A stretch of 64,000 bases of DNA from Squalus acanthias (taxonomy: Eukaryota), in contig CM059432.1 of the NCBI GenBank assembly GCA_030390025.1, forward strand, positions 5,332,001-5,396,000, given 5' to 3'. Made by a program: the position numbers and the translations under genes. A model generated the notes under the pieces. It was not told the origin of the DNA. It did not search any database and saw only the letters and a list, made by a program, of their open reading frames with translations. Below, piece after piece: positions 37,442 through 50,279 of this stretch (positions within the stretch are counted from its first letter, which is position 1; each line of letters begins with the position of its first letter).

Positions 37442-39838
37442 ATTTCCCTCCCCCCCCCCCAATTGAATAGCTTGCCATATCTCACTGTCTAGACTCAAAA
37501 ATCAACAACGGCCACTTGGGAAAGGTATTGGAGGGCATGCCCCATCGAGGACTTGACACTCCAGAAGAGGAGGAAGGTGGAACGTTGGCAGGAGAAGGAG
37601 GAAGAAAGAAGTTACGATAAAGTCTTGCTGGCTAGTGGGTTTTTTTTTAAGGAAATTTCTCTTGATGGAGGAACTATTTCGATTCTAAAGTATTCCCCCC
37701 ACAAAAACTAGCGAAAGTAAATCATTTAAAATTGGTCGGGATTCATGATCACTAACCAGAGACCCATGTTGAAAGTGAATGTCGGCTTGTATTCCCTGGA
37801 ATATAGAGGGTTATGGGGTGATTTGATTTGAGGTTTGTAGGATTTTGAAAGGAATTGATAGGTTAGATAGAGAGAAACTTTTTCTGCTGGTGGGGGGAGT
37901 CTAGGACGAGGGGACATGGCCTTAAAATCAGAGCCAGGCCATTCAGGAGAGAAGTTAGGAAGCATTTCTTCACGCTAAGGGTGGTAGAAGTGTGAAACTG
38001 TCCCATAAAAAGCAGTAGATGCTAGCTAATAATTTTCAATCTGAGATCGATAGATTTTTGCTCGCCAAGGATATTAAGGGATATGGAGCCAAGATGGGTG
38101 GATAGAGTTGGAAAACAGATCAGCCATGATCTCATTGAATGGCGAAACAGGCTCGAGGGGCTGAATGGCCTCCTCTTCCTATGTTCCTATGTCAGGTAAG
38201 GACTTGCTCGAGCTTCTATGTAAAGTTTTCCACTTGTGCCTATTAAAAAAGAGCCTTGTGGAAGTGTACCTATTCAGGTTTTCCAGTTCACAAGTGATCA
38301 GTAGGTGGGGATGCCTTCGCCTAGCTGCTGTTGCAACACGTGAATTTATAATTCCTAGCCTAAATAATTATCCTAAGAACACAAGTCCAGGAGCAGAAAC
38401 GGCCACTCAGCACATCAAAGCTGATCCCTTGATCCTGAAGCAGATCAGGTTCAAACAAGATAAATATTGGAGAAAAAATTGCAGGGCTATGGGGAAAGAG
38501 TGGGGGGGAATGGGACTAACTGCATTGCTCTTCGAAAGAGCCGGCGCAGACTCGATGGGCCGAATGGCCTCCTCCTGTGCTGTACCATTCTATGATTGGC
38601 TGGTCCTTGGGGTTTCCAGTTAGCACTGAACTTTTTACTGATGCTATGTCAAGATCAGTGCCAAGTTTGGTATCCAATATTTGGATACTAATCCCCACTC
38701 CTTGTTATGATTTCACCAATCTCTCCTCAGTGGTCTTTTTCCTTCAACGCTCTTTGTTGAATTTACTCCTGGCCATCCGATGCCACTGTAGGGTTTCTCT
38801 GGCCTGATCGCATGTATGCATTCAATCACCTGAGGTGAAATAGCCCGCAATAACATTTGCGGAGGTGCCTTCGAACTGTAGATAATTGTGAAAGGCTAAG
38901 GCATATTTAACAGCTGCTGTTTTGAGGTACATCTAGAACTACGTACTTTACACTAGTGTATCCTTACATGGCTCTATTATGCAGCCATAGCAAGTTGCAG
39001 TTATAATTGCTGTTTTCCCCAGCGTGGTTCTAAACTGTGTTTACTAGTAATAGAATTCCCTCTAGGATTTATTTTAGGGATCTGTTCTCTATGTTGCTCT
39101 GCCAATATTAACTCCAAAACCAATGGGAGCTGAAAGCAAATGCAGTTTTTTTAAAATGTTCGAACTTGCATATCGCGAGTGTCTTGTTTTTTTTTCCCCC
39201 TTTCTTCCTGTTTGTCTTTCTACCTTTTCATTGTTTAATGTTCTGATTCCTTGTACATAAATGAAAGAATAAGAAATTTATACTCTGCCTTTATCACATA
39301 TCTTGAATTTGCAATTTGTTTCTGTCTGTTCTGCAGCTGACTTGATGTACTATAAGTTGATTCTTATCTGTGCCTTTGGCTATTTCCATCGTCTGATGGT
39401 AGTTTTTCTACGCTAACTTTTTTTCATTTGCTATGATCCATCTGTCTGAATCTGGCCCCCTAATTGGTGCTGTTTTTTTTAAAAAGCTGGATAAGATAAA
39501 GACAGATAGAGGGTATCACTAGAAATAGCAACAGTTTCATTCGTCTGTTATTCTCCCAGTAGTGGTTAACCCAAGAGTCGTGTGCCTGCCTTGGTAAATG
39601 TTAAGTACCAAGTTCAAATATTTAACATTTGAAATCGGAATAATTGCTACGTACCAGATTTTACCTCCGTTTTAAATATCTCTCATTTGAAGAACCTTAA
39701 AATAAAGCCCTTTAGAATTACTGTCCTTAAATCTTCACTGTGTATTTATATCATACAGACTTAACAGAAGTCAAAGCTGAATTGCCTCAACAGTTGTTCG
39801 GATTGATTTGATTTCCTATTTTGCCCGTCGTTCTCTAG

Positions 39839-39963
39839 ATGGAATTTCGACAGCTGACCCGAGCTCGGACTGGAACGCCCCGACAGAAGAGTGGGGAAAT
39901 TGGCAAGTGGAGGAAGCTGCTTCAACTGCGCAGCCTGAGGAGACTGTTGCAGAAGCTCAGAAG
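39839..39963 (+). CDS. mtdh: Metadherin coding exon carrying the SND1-binding peptide: (N)GISTADPSSDWNAPTEEWGNWQVEE...AEAQK
   Basis: ttctctAG acceptor, AAG|GTTAGT donor, 125 nt, phase 1-0. DWNAP.EEWGNW is near-identical to human MTDH. Confidence 0.96.
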
Positions 39964-40492
39964 GTTAGTCGCCCTGGCCACTGTGGCGGAGTTCTCCTCC
40001 TGCGACCTTCACTTCACACCACTGTGAAAGGTGACACGCTTGGCTCAACAGTGGGAATGCCTGTTGGCAAATGCTCATTGATGCGCATCTGTATTTTTGG
40101 CGTGAGTTCAAATAGCGATGAACTGCAACAAGGACCCTGTGGCCTTTGTGTCCTTTAGCATTTTACTTATGATTACATAGGATATACAGCACAGAAACAG
40201 GCCATTCGGCCCAACCAGACCATGCTGGCATTTATGCTCCACTCGAGCCTCCTCCCATCTTTCCTCATCTAACTCTATCAGCATAACCCTCTATTACTTT
40301 CTCCCTCGTGCTTATCTAACCTCCCCTTAAATGCATCTATACTATTTACCTCAACCACTCCCTGTGGTAGCGAGTTCCACATTCTCACCACTCTTTCGGT
40401 AAAGAAGTTTCTTTTGAATTCCCGATTTGATTTCTTGGTGACTATCATATTGATGGCCTCCAGCTTTGCTCTTCCTCCACAAGTGGAAACAC

Positions 40493-40687
40493 TCAGTAAT
40501 GGTGACCATGAAACTACCGGATTGTCATAAAGACCCATCTGGTTCACTAATGTCCTTTTAGGGAAGGAAATCTGCCGTCCTTACCTGGTCTTGGCTATAT
40601 GTGATTCCAGACTCACAGCAATGTGGTTGACTCTTAACTGCCCTCTGAAGTGGCCTAGCAAGCCACTCAGTTAAGGGCAGTTAGGGG
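40493..40687 (+). mobile_element. MER131-like SINE body fragment
   Basis: Same body, joined to aagggcagttaggg (LINE-B tail start). Confidence 0.75.
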
Positions 40688-42203
40688 TGAAGCAGATGGA
40701 ATATGGTATGGAGACAAAATGGGGGAAGGGACAAATAACAAACAGAAAATGCACACGAGAAGAAGAAAGTAAAGAAATGGAAGAGAGAAAAAAGTGAAAG
40801 GGCAAATATAATGCGAAACTGGTAGAGGAAAGATAAAGGATTGCAAAAACGAGATAAACAAATCAAAGCCCAAAGGAAAGACAAGTAATTACAGTAAATA
40901 AATAAGTAAAGATTATGAGAAGGAAGCAAATGAAAGAATGAGAGGAGAAAATTATTGAATTAGATAGATCTGATGATGTCTGCTTCTTTGACCCCTACCT
41001 GCCCCCGAGCCCCCACTCCAGAATCAAGGGTAAGCTGAAGAACTCCTCTCTCATTGGAAAACTACAGCCTGAATTTTGGCCAGATAACATCATTACTCTT
41101 TTCAACACGAGAAGCTCTCTGAACAGAGCCGAGCTGAAGTAGCAGGGCCGTCACATTTGCAGCTGTGCCATGTGTTACTGAGGAATTCCCAGCTGTGTTG
41201 AGCATTGGAGCACTTGAATTTTTTTGGTGGGGGGGCGGTGGGTGGATTGCTTCTCCCAAGAAACCACTCCGAGCATCTTTCAGTGCTTTGGCAGTGTGCT
41301 ATTCCGTGTCTCTCTAGCAGTTGGCTTAATTTTCAAATGGATTGGAGCCCGCGACACCGCTTAAACAGAACAAAATAAATTCATGGTGCTGAGAGCTCAC
41401 AATGAATATAATATTTACGTATAGATACTTGTAGTGTGCTTGTTCAGCCTGCACTAATGCAAGTGCATTTACGTAACAAATCGTGTTAGGAACGTGTTAA
41501 TTGTCTTGGGCATTGCCAATTCTGCAGCTACCTCTAGCACCAAAACACAATGTGAAAAAATAATTTAATCATGCTTGAATTATTTTTAGCAACAAGATTT
41601 TTCTTCTTGAATGTGAAAAGCTAGTAAGTGATGAAAATAGGATTAAAGGAGAACACGAGTGAAGGGGATTAGCAGTACTTTCAGTATTAAGCGCATCTCT
41701 TCAAACCCACCAAAAGTCTTGGTGTAGTCCTATCGCACAGATGTTTTGATATTTACAATATTTTGATTTCTCCCTGCCGCAGAGATTTGCTATTTTGGGT
41801 TCTTGTCGTCAGTGGGGAGCTGCACAGCTGTCATAAGCAACGAAGCCCGTCGGTGATGGCACCGCAGGAGTAATGTGAATTGGTGTCCTTAATGGCTCCA
41901 GATGGCATTGGGGAGCCATCTGAGTTGCAGACCTTTAGTAACTACTGATCTGAAGTGGCAGCCCTGTGCCCACCTCCCAACGGGCACCCGGGGCTAAAAA
42001 GGCATCAATTAGCATTGTTTCCCTTTGAGACGCTCAATGATGTCAGCTGAGCAGCTCCCTTCTGACTCTGGAAATATGAAAATAGCAGAGTTCTACAGAA
42101 GGGTAAATAACAATATAAAATATCTCCTACAAGATCGTTGTTAAATTTAGGCTAAATAAATAAATAATTGGCCAAAAAAAAAGGCCGGAGGGAGGGAGAT
42201 GAG

Positions 42204-42330
42204 CAATGTTCCCGCGCAGGCCGCTCAATGGCTTTAAAATTGATATAATCGGGCTTGCGCGGGAAATTGAATGGGCCGCGCAGCTCGTTAAAGGGGCCAT
42301 GCATCCAAAAAAGAATTAGCGGGAACATTG
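42204..42330. mobile_element. hAT-like MITE
   Basis: TIR CAATGTTCCC...GGGAACATTG; 8-bp TSD GAGATGAG/GAGATGAT. Confidence 0.75.
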
Positions 42331-42768
42331 GAGATGATGAGAAATGTTTTTACTCGGCGTCTCATGATGCTCTGGAATGCGCTGTCTGAAAGGGGAAGTA
42401 TTCAGGGCTATGGGGAAAGCGGGGGAGTGGGACTGATTGACAGCTCTTTCGAAGAGCCGACACAGGCGCAATGGGCCAAATGGCTGCCTCCTGTGCTGTA
42501 TGATTCTATACAAGATGATAAGTTGATAGTTTCAGAAGGGTGAATTTGAAGTTATGCATGCAGGATCAGAATCAATTTCTTCAATTGTATGTGTAAAGAA
42601 AGCTTTGATTCCAGGATGGAATGGAACTTTTTTTTTTCATTTCTATTTTGTGCTGCTTCAGTCCCGATCTGCAAATAAAATAGGCCTGCCCAGTAGCCTG
42701 AGGAAGAGGCTTACAATTTTGCGGAGGACTGAACTGTAGTGTGAGAGGAGATCCTATTGAAACATATA

Positions 42769-43135
42769 CAGGTTGAGCGTCCCAAATCCGGAGTTCCGGA
42801 ATGCTCCGGGCTCCGGGACGATTGGTGGCAGGGGTCCGGAATCCGGACGCCCTGAGGGAGGCTTACCAAAAACCGGAAATAGCGCAACCTGGGCCCAGGC
42901 ATTTCCGGACTCTGCACGTGTTTCTGATGTCCGAAGTCCAGAAATATCGCAACCTGGGCTCGGGCGTTTCCGGACTCGGCACGTGTTTCTGATGTCCGAA
43001 GTCCGGAAATATCGCAACCTGGGCTCGGGCGTTTCCGGACTTCGGACATCGGAAACACGTTCCGAAGTCGGGGGGAAGCCCAAAAACCGGCTCGGCCTCG
43101 GTCCCGAGGTTGCCGAATTCGGGACGTTCTATCTG
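42769..43135. mobile_element. Tc1/mariner-pogo-type MITE with 65-bp internal tandem repeats
   Basis: TA target duplication (42767-42768, 43136-43137) inside a CR1 tail. Imperfect TIRs CAGGTTGAGCGTCCCAAATCCGG / CAGATAGAACGTCCCGAATTCGG. Confidence 0.8.
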
Positions 43136-43545
43136 TAAGGTACTGAGGGGGCTCGACATGGTAGATGCAGAGAGAATGTTCCCCTCGTGGGGAAATCTAG
43201 AACTCGGGGGCATAGTTTCAGAATAAAGGGTCGCCTTTTTAGAACTGAGATGAGGAGGAATTTCTTCTCTCAGACGGTCGTAAATCTGTGGAATTCTCTG
43301 CCCCAGAGAGCCGTGGCGGCTGGGTCATTAAATACATTTAAGGTGGAGATAGATGGATTTTTGCAAGATAAGGGAGTGAAGGGTTATGGGGTGCAATGCG
43401 GGGAAGTGGCTTTGAGCCCAAGATCAGCCATTATCTTATTGAATGGCGGAGCAGGCTCGAGGGGCCAAGTGGCCTATTCATGCTCCTATTTCTTATGTTG
43501 ATGAAGTTACAGACTGTTTTAAAAGCAGATGTGTTCCATTTGCAG

Positions 43546-43662
43546 CTGTCAGATGAAGATAAAGAAAAGGCGGACTCTGGTTTGCAAGGTTCTGCAAGCA
43601 ACAAATCGAAAAAGAAGAAAAAGAAGAAGAAGAAGGGTGAAGATGTGACTACTCCTGCACAA
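43546..43662 (+). CDS. mtdh: Metadherin coding exon with poly-Lys NLS: LSDEDKEKADSGLQGSASNKSKKKKKKKKKGEDVTTPAQ
   Basis: tttgcAG acceptor, CAA|GTAAGC donor, 117 nt, phase 0-0. Matches VSDDDKEK...KSKKKKKKKKKQGED...AQ. Confidence 0.95.
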
Positions 43663-43806
43663 GTAAGCACGTGTGCTGTGTTCAGTGGAAATGTAAAAAA
43701 ACAGCCTACGGTCTCGTGTTTTAAAAGGGGGCTGTGGTAGAGACGGCAAGGGAGATACTCACTACAAAGAGAGAAGGTGGAAAGTTGAGAAAAAATTGAG
43801 GGCTTA

Positions 43807-44115
43807 TAGAATCATAGATTGGTTACAGCACAGAAGGAGGCCATTCGGCCCATCGAGCCCGTGTCGGCTCTCTGCAAGAGCGCTTCAGCTAGTCCCTTTC
43901 CCCGTAGCCCTGCAAATTTTTTTCCTTCAGGTACTTATCCAATTCCCTTTTGAAAGCCACGATTGAGTCTGTCTCCACCACCCTCGCGGGCAGTGCATTC
44001 CAGATCCTAACCACTCGCTGCGTAAACATTTTTTCCCTCATGTCGCCTTTGGTTCTTCTGCCAGTCACCTTAAATCTGTGTCCTCTGGTTCTCGACCCTT
44101 CTGCCAATGGGAACA

Positions 44116-44151
<36 letters not shown>

Positions 44152-44973
44152 TCCAGACCCCTCCTGATTTTGAACACCTCTATCAAATCTCCTCTCAACC
44201 TTCTCTGCTCTAAGGAGAACAACCCCAGCTTATCCAGCCTATCCACGTAACTGAAGTCCCTCATCCCTGGAATCATTCTCGTAAATCTTTTCTGCACCCT
44301 CTCTAAGGCCTTCACATCCTTCCTAAATTGCGGTGCCCAGAATGGGACACAATTCTCCAGTTAAGGCCGAACCAGTGTTTTATAAAAGTTCTTCATAACT
44401 TCCTTGCTTTTGTACTCTATGCCTCTATTTATGAAAGCCCAGGATCCCATATGCTTTTTTAACTGCTTTCTCAACCTGTCCTGCCGCCTTCAATGATTTC
44501 TGCACATATGCCCCCAGATCTCTGTTCATGCACCCACTTTAGGATTGTACCCTTTAGTTTATATTGCCCCTCCTTATTCTTCCCACAAAAATGTATCACT
44601 TCACACTTTTCTGCGTTTAAATTTCATCTGCCACGTGTCTGCCCATTCCACCAGCCTGTCTACGTCCTCTTGAAGTCCATCACTATCCTCCTCACTGTTC
44701 ACTATACTTCCAAGTTTTGTGTCATCTGCAAATTTTGAAATTGTGCCCTGTACTCCCAGGTCATTAAAATACATCAAGAAAAGCAGTGGTCCTTGAACCG
44801 ACCCCTGGGGAACACCACTGTATACCTTCCTCCAGTCTGAAAAACAACCGTTCGCCACTACTCTCTGTTTCCTGTCACTTAGCCAATTCCTGTATCCATG
44901 CTGCCACTGTCCTTTTTATTCCATGGGCTTCAACTTTGCTGGCAAGTCTATTATGTGGCACTTTATCAAAAGC
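43807..44973 (-). mobile_element. CR1 RT fragment with tail and an internal (CT)n microsatellite
   Basis: AFDKVPH, GVPQGS, FADD, ALERVQKRFTR. Confidence 0.9.
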
Positions 44974-46155
44974 CAGATAAATTTTGATCGAGTAGATAGG
45001 GAGAAACCGTTTCCAGTGGCAGGAGGGTTGGTAACCAGAGGACACCGATTTAAGGCAACTGGGAACTTTTTTCACGCAGCATGTCGTCATGATCTGGAAG
45101 GGTGGTGAAAGCAGATTCAACAGTAACTTTCAAAGGGGACTTGGATAAATACTTTTGAGGGGGTGGGGCGGGGGGGGGGAGGGAATTACAGGGCTATCGG
45201 GGAAAGAACAGTGGCAGTGGGACTAATTGGAGAGCTCTTTCAAAGAGCCGGCACAAGCAGTGGGCCGAATGGCCTCTGTGCTGTGTGATTCTATGAAATG
45301 GCTCCAGTGCTGATCGATCTGGTGGAGATGAGAGCTCACAGTGGCGCACTGGTTATGGTAGCGGCAGGTTGTGACAGAAGTTTTGTTGGTGCAGGTTGTA
45401 CAGATAGCAAAGCAGTGGAACAGGGATAAAGTCTTGAATGTGTGCAGAGTTGCCACCAAAGTATTTATGGTGGTGTGCAAGCTTCAGCGTGTCATCCAAA
45501 ACAGGCTGGAGACCCAGAAAGTATGTCGGCTTTGTAACTGGAAGCAGTAGTTTTTGTTACAAGTGGGAAAAAAGGGACTGGAAGGCGCTAGCTGGAATGT
45601 TCCTCCGTCGGATGAAAGGCCACAGGAAAATGGGGGTGTCTTCAGAATGAGGTGTGGATGCTCTAACCAGATCATCACGCTGAGATGTTATGGGAAAGTG
45701 TTGGGAGTGATAAATTATCTGGAGCTAGGATTCACAAGCCCAGTGGCTAAGTTTGCAGAAGATGCAAAGCTAATGGAGGTGGTAGGCTGCAAAGCTGAAC
45801 AGGATAAGCCACAATATACTTGGGAATTGGGAAGACAGGTGGCAGATGAAATTCAATACAGAGGAATGTAAATTACTTCACGTGGGGACAAAAACCCAGG
45901 AAGGGACTCTTACTTAAATGGAAAGAAAATAATGTGTATGGAAAATGAAAGCGATCTGAGGTATCCTGTGACAATAAAATGAAACTATCACATCAGTGCT
46001 CGATGAGTGAAGCAAATCAGATGTTGGGATACATTAAAAGTTCAATATTGAGCCAAAATCGTGTTGTAATCCTGCCACTTTATACATCATTGATGCAACT
46101 GCACTTGGAATAGTGTGTACACTTCTGCAGTATAAAAAGGATGCTGAAATGATGC

Positions 46156-46510
46156 AGAAAGACTTGCATTTCTATAGCGCCTTTCACGACTACTGGACGT
46201 CCCAAAGCGCTTTACGGCCAATGAAGTACTTTTTGAAGTGTAGTCACTGTTGTAATGTCGGAAACAGCGGCAGCCAATTTGTGCACAGCAAGCTCCCACA
46301 AACAGCAGTGTGATAACGAGCAGATAATCTGTTTTAGTGATGTTGATTGAGGGATAAACATTGGCCAAGGACACCGGGGCGAACTGCCCTGCTTTTCTTC
46401 GAAATGGTGCCATGGGATCTTTTACCCAAGAGAGCAGACGGGGATTCGGTTTCACGTCTCATCCAAAAGACGGCACCTCCGACAGAGCAGCGCTCCCTCA
46501 GTACTGCCCT
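46156..46510 (-). mobile_element. Deu-domain SINE within an older CR1 fragment
   Basis: Same family. Confidence 0.8.
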
Positions 46511-47060
46511 GGCGTGTTCTCACTGGAAAGCAGAAGGTTGAGCGCTGATATGATGGCTGTTTTTAGGATTCTGAAAGGACTCGGTAATGTAGACCATGGC
46601 CAGCTATTTCACCTTGCCCAGGACAGTAGAACCAGAGGGCACGGCCTGCGCTTGAAGTGGGGTAAATTCTAAATTAATTTGCGGAAATATTGTTTCGGTG
46701 AGCGAGTGGTAAATCTGTGAAACAGGCTCTCGAGGGAGACAGTGGAAGTAGATATTGATTCGTTCAAATGCAAATTAGATCGACTTGTTTCACAAACTGT
46801 GAGTAATTTGAGACATGGCATATAGTAAGTGTAGCATGCGTGGGAGGAACGGGTGTCGTGGTTCCCACTGGGGATTTTCCTCGCCTCATATCAGGATCTG
46901 TTGTAGACTAATTGATAGAGATTGATTTGCCATGCTTAGTCAACAACTCCATTATTGTTGTAGGACGTGACTATCTGGATGGTAGAAGGCGAACTCGATT
47001 GGGCCTTGGTCTTTTTTCATCGAGCAATTCCCGAGTGTAAAACTCGAGTGTGGAGACGTG

Positions 47061-47199
47061 CAATGTTCCCTCTTTTTTTGGGGTGCGCGGCCCCTTCAAA
47101 TTTTTGCGCGTGTATGGTTTCTGCCATATAAAAGCTGGTGAGCGGCCCGCGCGGGACCTCCAGACTGCCGTGCCGCCGCGCAGCTTAGCGGGAACGTTG
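47061..47199. mobile_element. hAT-like MITE, same family
   Basis: CAATGTTCCCT...GGGAACGTTG; internal similarity to the 37308 copy. Confidence 0.65.
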
Positions 47200-47879
47200 A
47201 TGGTAGGTCGTTTTAACCTGACTCGCCGGCAGGAACCCCACAGGATCGGGTGGAACGGCGGTTTTGCACCCCGCCCAATATCGCTCTACACTGACTTCAA
47301 CAGAGAGTGAAATTGGGCAGGGAGTAAAACCAGCGTCGCACCCGATCCCGTCAGCCTCCCGACGGGCGAGTTAAGATTAAAATTGCCCCCCATGGTGCCT
47401 GGGCGCAACTTGAAAGACGACTTGGCTACTAAAGCAGATAATTGAGAGAATAAAGACTTGTATCGTGATTGAAGGGAAAAAGATTTGAAGTGAAGACCGA
47501 AGTCTTTCAAGACTGCATCTCATCACCCACCTTGTGCAGTATTGTAATGAACCAGGGAGTGGGAACTAAACAGTGAATGTGAATGAGCCTGAAGGTTAAG
47601 GACAGCCCAGAGCCTCGTAACGGACTGGCTACTCTCACTCGGACCTTGGTGTCATAAGTCAGCTGGCTACTGAATGAAAGAAAGAAGTGCGGGGGGGACT
47701 CGCAATCAGCTTCCAAAAGAAAGCAAATCTAGGTTGTGCCCGTAGGAGGGAGAGCAGAGAAGGATGAGGACTGAAGAAAGGAGACGTTGATGGTGTGGGG
47801 GTGGATGTGATGGAGAAGCTGGTACACCTGGCAATTAGTATGCCAGGCAGAGAGAGCTGAAAGCGAGAGTTGCCGAGAC

Positions 47880-48480
47880 ACATTGCTTCAGCTCCCTGTG
47901 CTGTTGACAGGCTGTGGAGGAGCAAAGACGTATTGTGACATGTGCAACAGAGAATGTATTGGAGGCTAGTGTGCAGTGGATGTCTCTACAGTTTTGAGAG
48001 CTGGATTCTGACGCAAGCACAGATGATGATTCTGGATGCTTTTGAAATGCCTTTTTTTATACATTCACGGGATGTGGGCGTCGCTGGCAAGACCAGCATT
48101 TATTGCCCATCCCTAGTTGCCCTTGAGAAGGTGGTGGTGAGCTGCTGCCTTGAACCACTGCAGCCCATGTGGTGAAGGTGCTCCCACAGTGCTGTTCGGG
48201 AGGGAGTTCCAGGATTTTGACCCAGCGACGATGAAAGATCGGCAATATATTTCCAAGTCAGGATGAAGTGTGATTTGGAGGGGAACTTGGAGGTGGTGGT
48301 GTTCCCATGTGCCTGCTGCCCTTCTCCTTCTAGGTGGTGGAGGTCGCAGGTTTGGGAGGTGCTGTCAAAAATTTGCCTGGTACAAAATAACTAGCACTAG
48401 TGTTATGAGAAGGGGGGACTTGCATGCAGTTGCCGTGAGAAGATTTAGAAGGGCAATATATGTGGGCCATGGTTTGAGTG
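47880..48480 (+). mobile_element. Highly decayed RTE-like LINE fragment split by LINE-B
   Basis: YWRLVCSGCLYSFESWILT...LDAFEM then W.KITSTSVMRR...YVGH, resembling RTE LLYGCESWTL...LDAFEM...W.DKITNEEVLRR...YLGH. Confidence 0.5.
48052..48367 (-). mobile_element. LINE-B 3' fragment
   Basis: Reverse complement of the tail and ORF end. Confidence 0.8.
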
Positions 48481-49077
48481 ATGCCCTCCAAATGTAATGG
48501 AATGGCTTTGCATGGGGAAAAGACCATGTGGAAAACCAGAGCAAACAGTGCGCAACAACTTGTATTTGTATAGCACCGATAACTTAGGAAAATGTCCCAA
48601 GGCACTTCATAGAAGCATTAACAAACAAAATTTGACACTGAGCCACATGAGATATTAGGGCAGAAAGAGGTAGGTTTTAAGGAGGGAGGAGAGGCAGAGA
48701 GATTAGGGAGATAATTCCAGAGCTTAGGGCCTTGGCAGCTGAAGGTTATGTGATGTGCTGCATGGTGAAGCTGTCTTGTATAAATGGCCCACGGCCAAGT
48801 TTTTTTTTAAACCTATTGCATTGTGTAGTCATGGTACAATATGTGGCTGTACTAGTTTGGATCGGCCCTTTTGGGTTTTCAATTGGGTTAAATTGGTCAC
48901 AGAAATTTAATTACTATTTAAACATCATCATGATGTGTTTTGTCTTGTAGCTTTTATTGGAAAACATTAGTTTTATTAACTGCTGCATTTACTGGAATCC
49001 TCGTGGTTTGCATACAGTAGCTCCTGGCTTGGCCATAGTACATTCCCGATCACAGTAAGTGATGTGATTCCATCCCT

Positions 49078-49551
49078 AGAAAGCAAGAAAGACTTGCATT
49101 TCTATAGCGCCTTTCACGACCTCGGGACGTCCCAAAGCGCTTTACAGCCAATGAAGTACTTTTTGAAGTGTAGTCACTGTTGTAATGTAGGAAACGCGGC
49201 AGCCAATTTGCGCACAGCAAGATCCCACAAACAGCAATGTGATAATGAGCAGATAATCTGTTTTTAGTGATGTTGATTGAGGGATGAATATTGGCCATGA
49301 CACTGGGGAGAACTCTCCTGCTCTTCTTCGATATAGTGGCCGTGGGATCTTTTACATCCACCTGAGAGCAGACGGGGCCTCGGTTTATCGTCTCACCTGA
49401 AAGACGGCACCTCCGACAGTGCAACACTCCCTCAGTACTGGCACTGGAGTGTCAGCCTAGATTTTTGTGCTCAAGTCCCTGGCGTGGGACTTGAACCCAC
49501 AACCTTCTGACTCCGAGGCAAGAGTGCTGCCCACTGAGCCACAGCTGACAC
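49078..49551 (-). mobile_element. Full-length Deu-domain SINE
   Basis: Same family. Further partial copies at ~9533-9700, 11990-12215, 34935-35175, 51213-51425 and 59188-59395. Confidence 0.85.
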
Positions 49552-49774
49552 TAGAGGAGGGAAGATAAATGGGGGGTTGGTGGGAGAGAAAGGGAGTGAG
49601 GCAAAACTGATTCTAAAGGGACAATCCTCAGTTACATGCAGGGATTAGAATGCCAAAATATTAATTAAGCAATTTTCTGTTTCGTTAACTTTTATTCCCT
49701 TCAGACTATTTTTGAAAATTAAGAAATTCTCACCTGCTTTTAAGTGTTTAAAATGTTTACTGAATTTATGAAAG

Positions 49775-49897
49775 GAGGCGGAGGAGCAAGACAAGGAGCC
49801 CATTAGTGGAGACCAGGAGCAGCTTGTTGTACCAGCACAGCCTGAAAAGGAGACTGCTCCACCCGTTGAAACCATATGCACTAGTGAACCAGCTGAG
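49775..49897 (+). CDS. mtdh: Metadherin coding exon: EAEEQDKEPISGDQEQLVVPAQPEKETAPPVETICTSEPAE
   Basis: GAG|GTAAGA strong donor; weak aaAG acceptor. 123 nt, phase 0-0. Ends TICTSEPAE like human TISTSDPAE. Confidence 0.85.
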
Positions 49898-50279
49898 GTA
49901 AGAATTAGCACGTCAGAGCGTGTGAATTTTTAATAAACGGCAGACTTAAAAGTTGGATTTGACGTGTGAAATCTTGCTGATTCCAGAGACGCGGGATTTA
50001 AATTGATGTGCGAGACCGAGCTGCTCTGCCGAGTTCAAAATTTCGCACCTCATTTGGTTCTTTTGCTGTGTCTCATCCTCCACCTTCAGTTAATGACAGC
50101 TAATCCCAAACTCTGCTCTCTCTATCCTATCACGCAACACGTCCTCCTCATGCATCACCCCTGCCCTTGGTGACCTACGTTGGCTCCCGGTCCCTCAATG
50201 CCCCAAATTTAAAATTCTTGTGCAAGTCCCTCCATGGCTTTGTGCCTTTTTATCTCTGTAACCAACTGCAATGATCTAA

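Noticed and set aside
40690..40960. Purine-rich stretch yielding Phe/Leu-rich ORFs
   Set aside because: Low-complexity sequence.
42875..43060. Regular repeats resembling a CRISPR array
   Set aside because: Contiguous tandem units without unique spacers, inside a MITE in vertebrate DNA; no cas genes.
44118..44150. (CT)n run producing an RERERE peptide
   Set aside because: Microsatellite expansion inside a CR1 copy.
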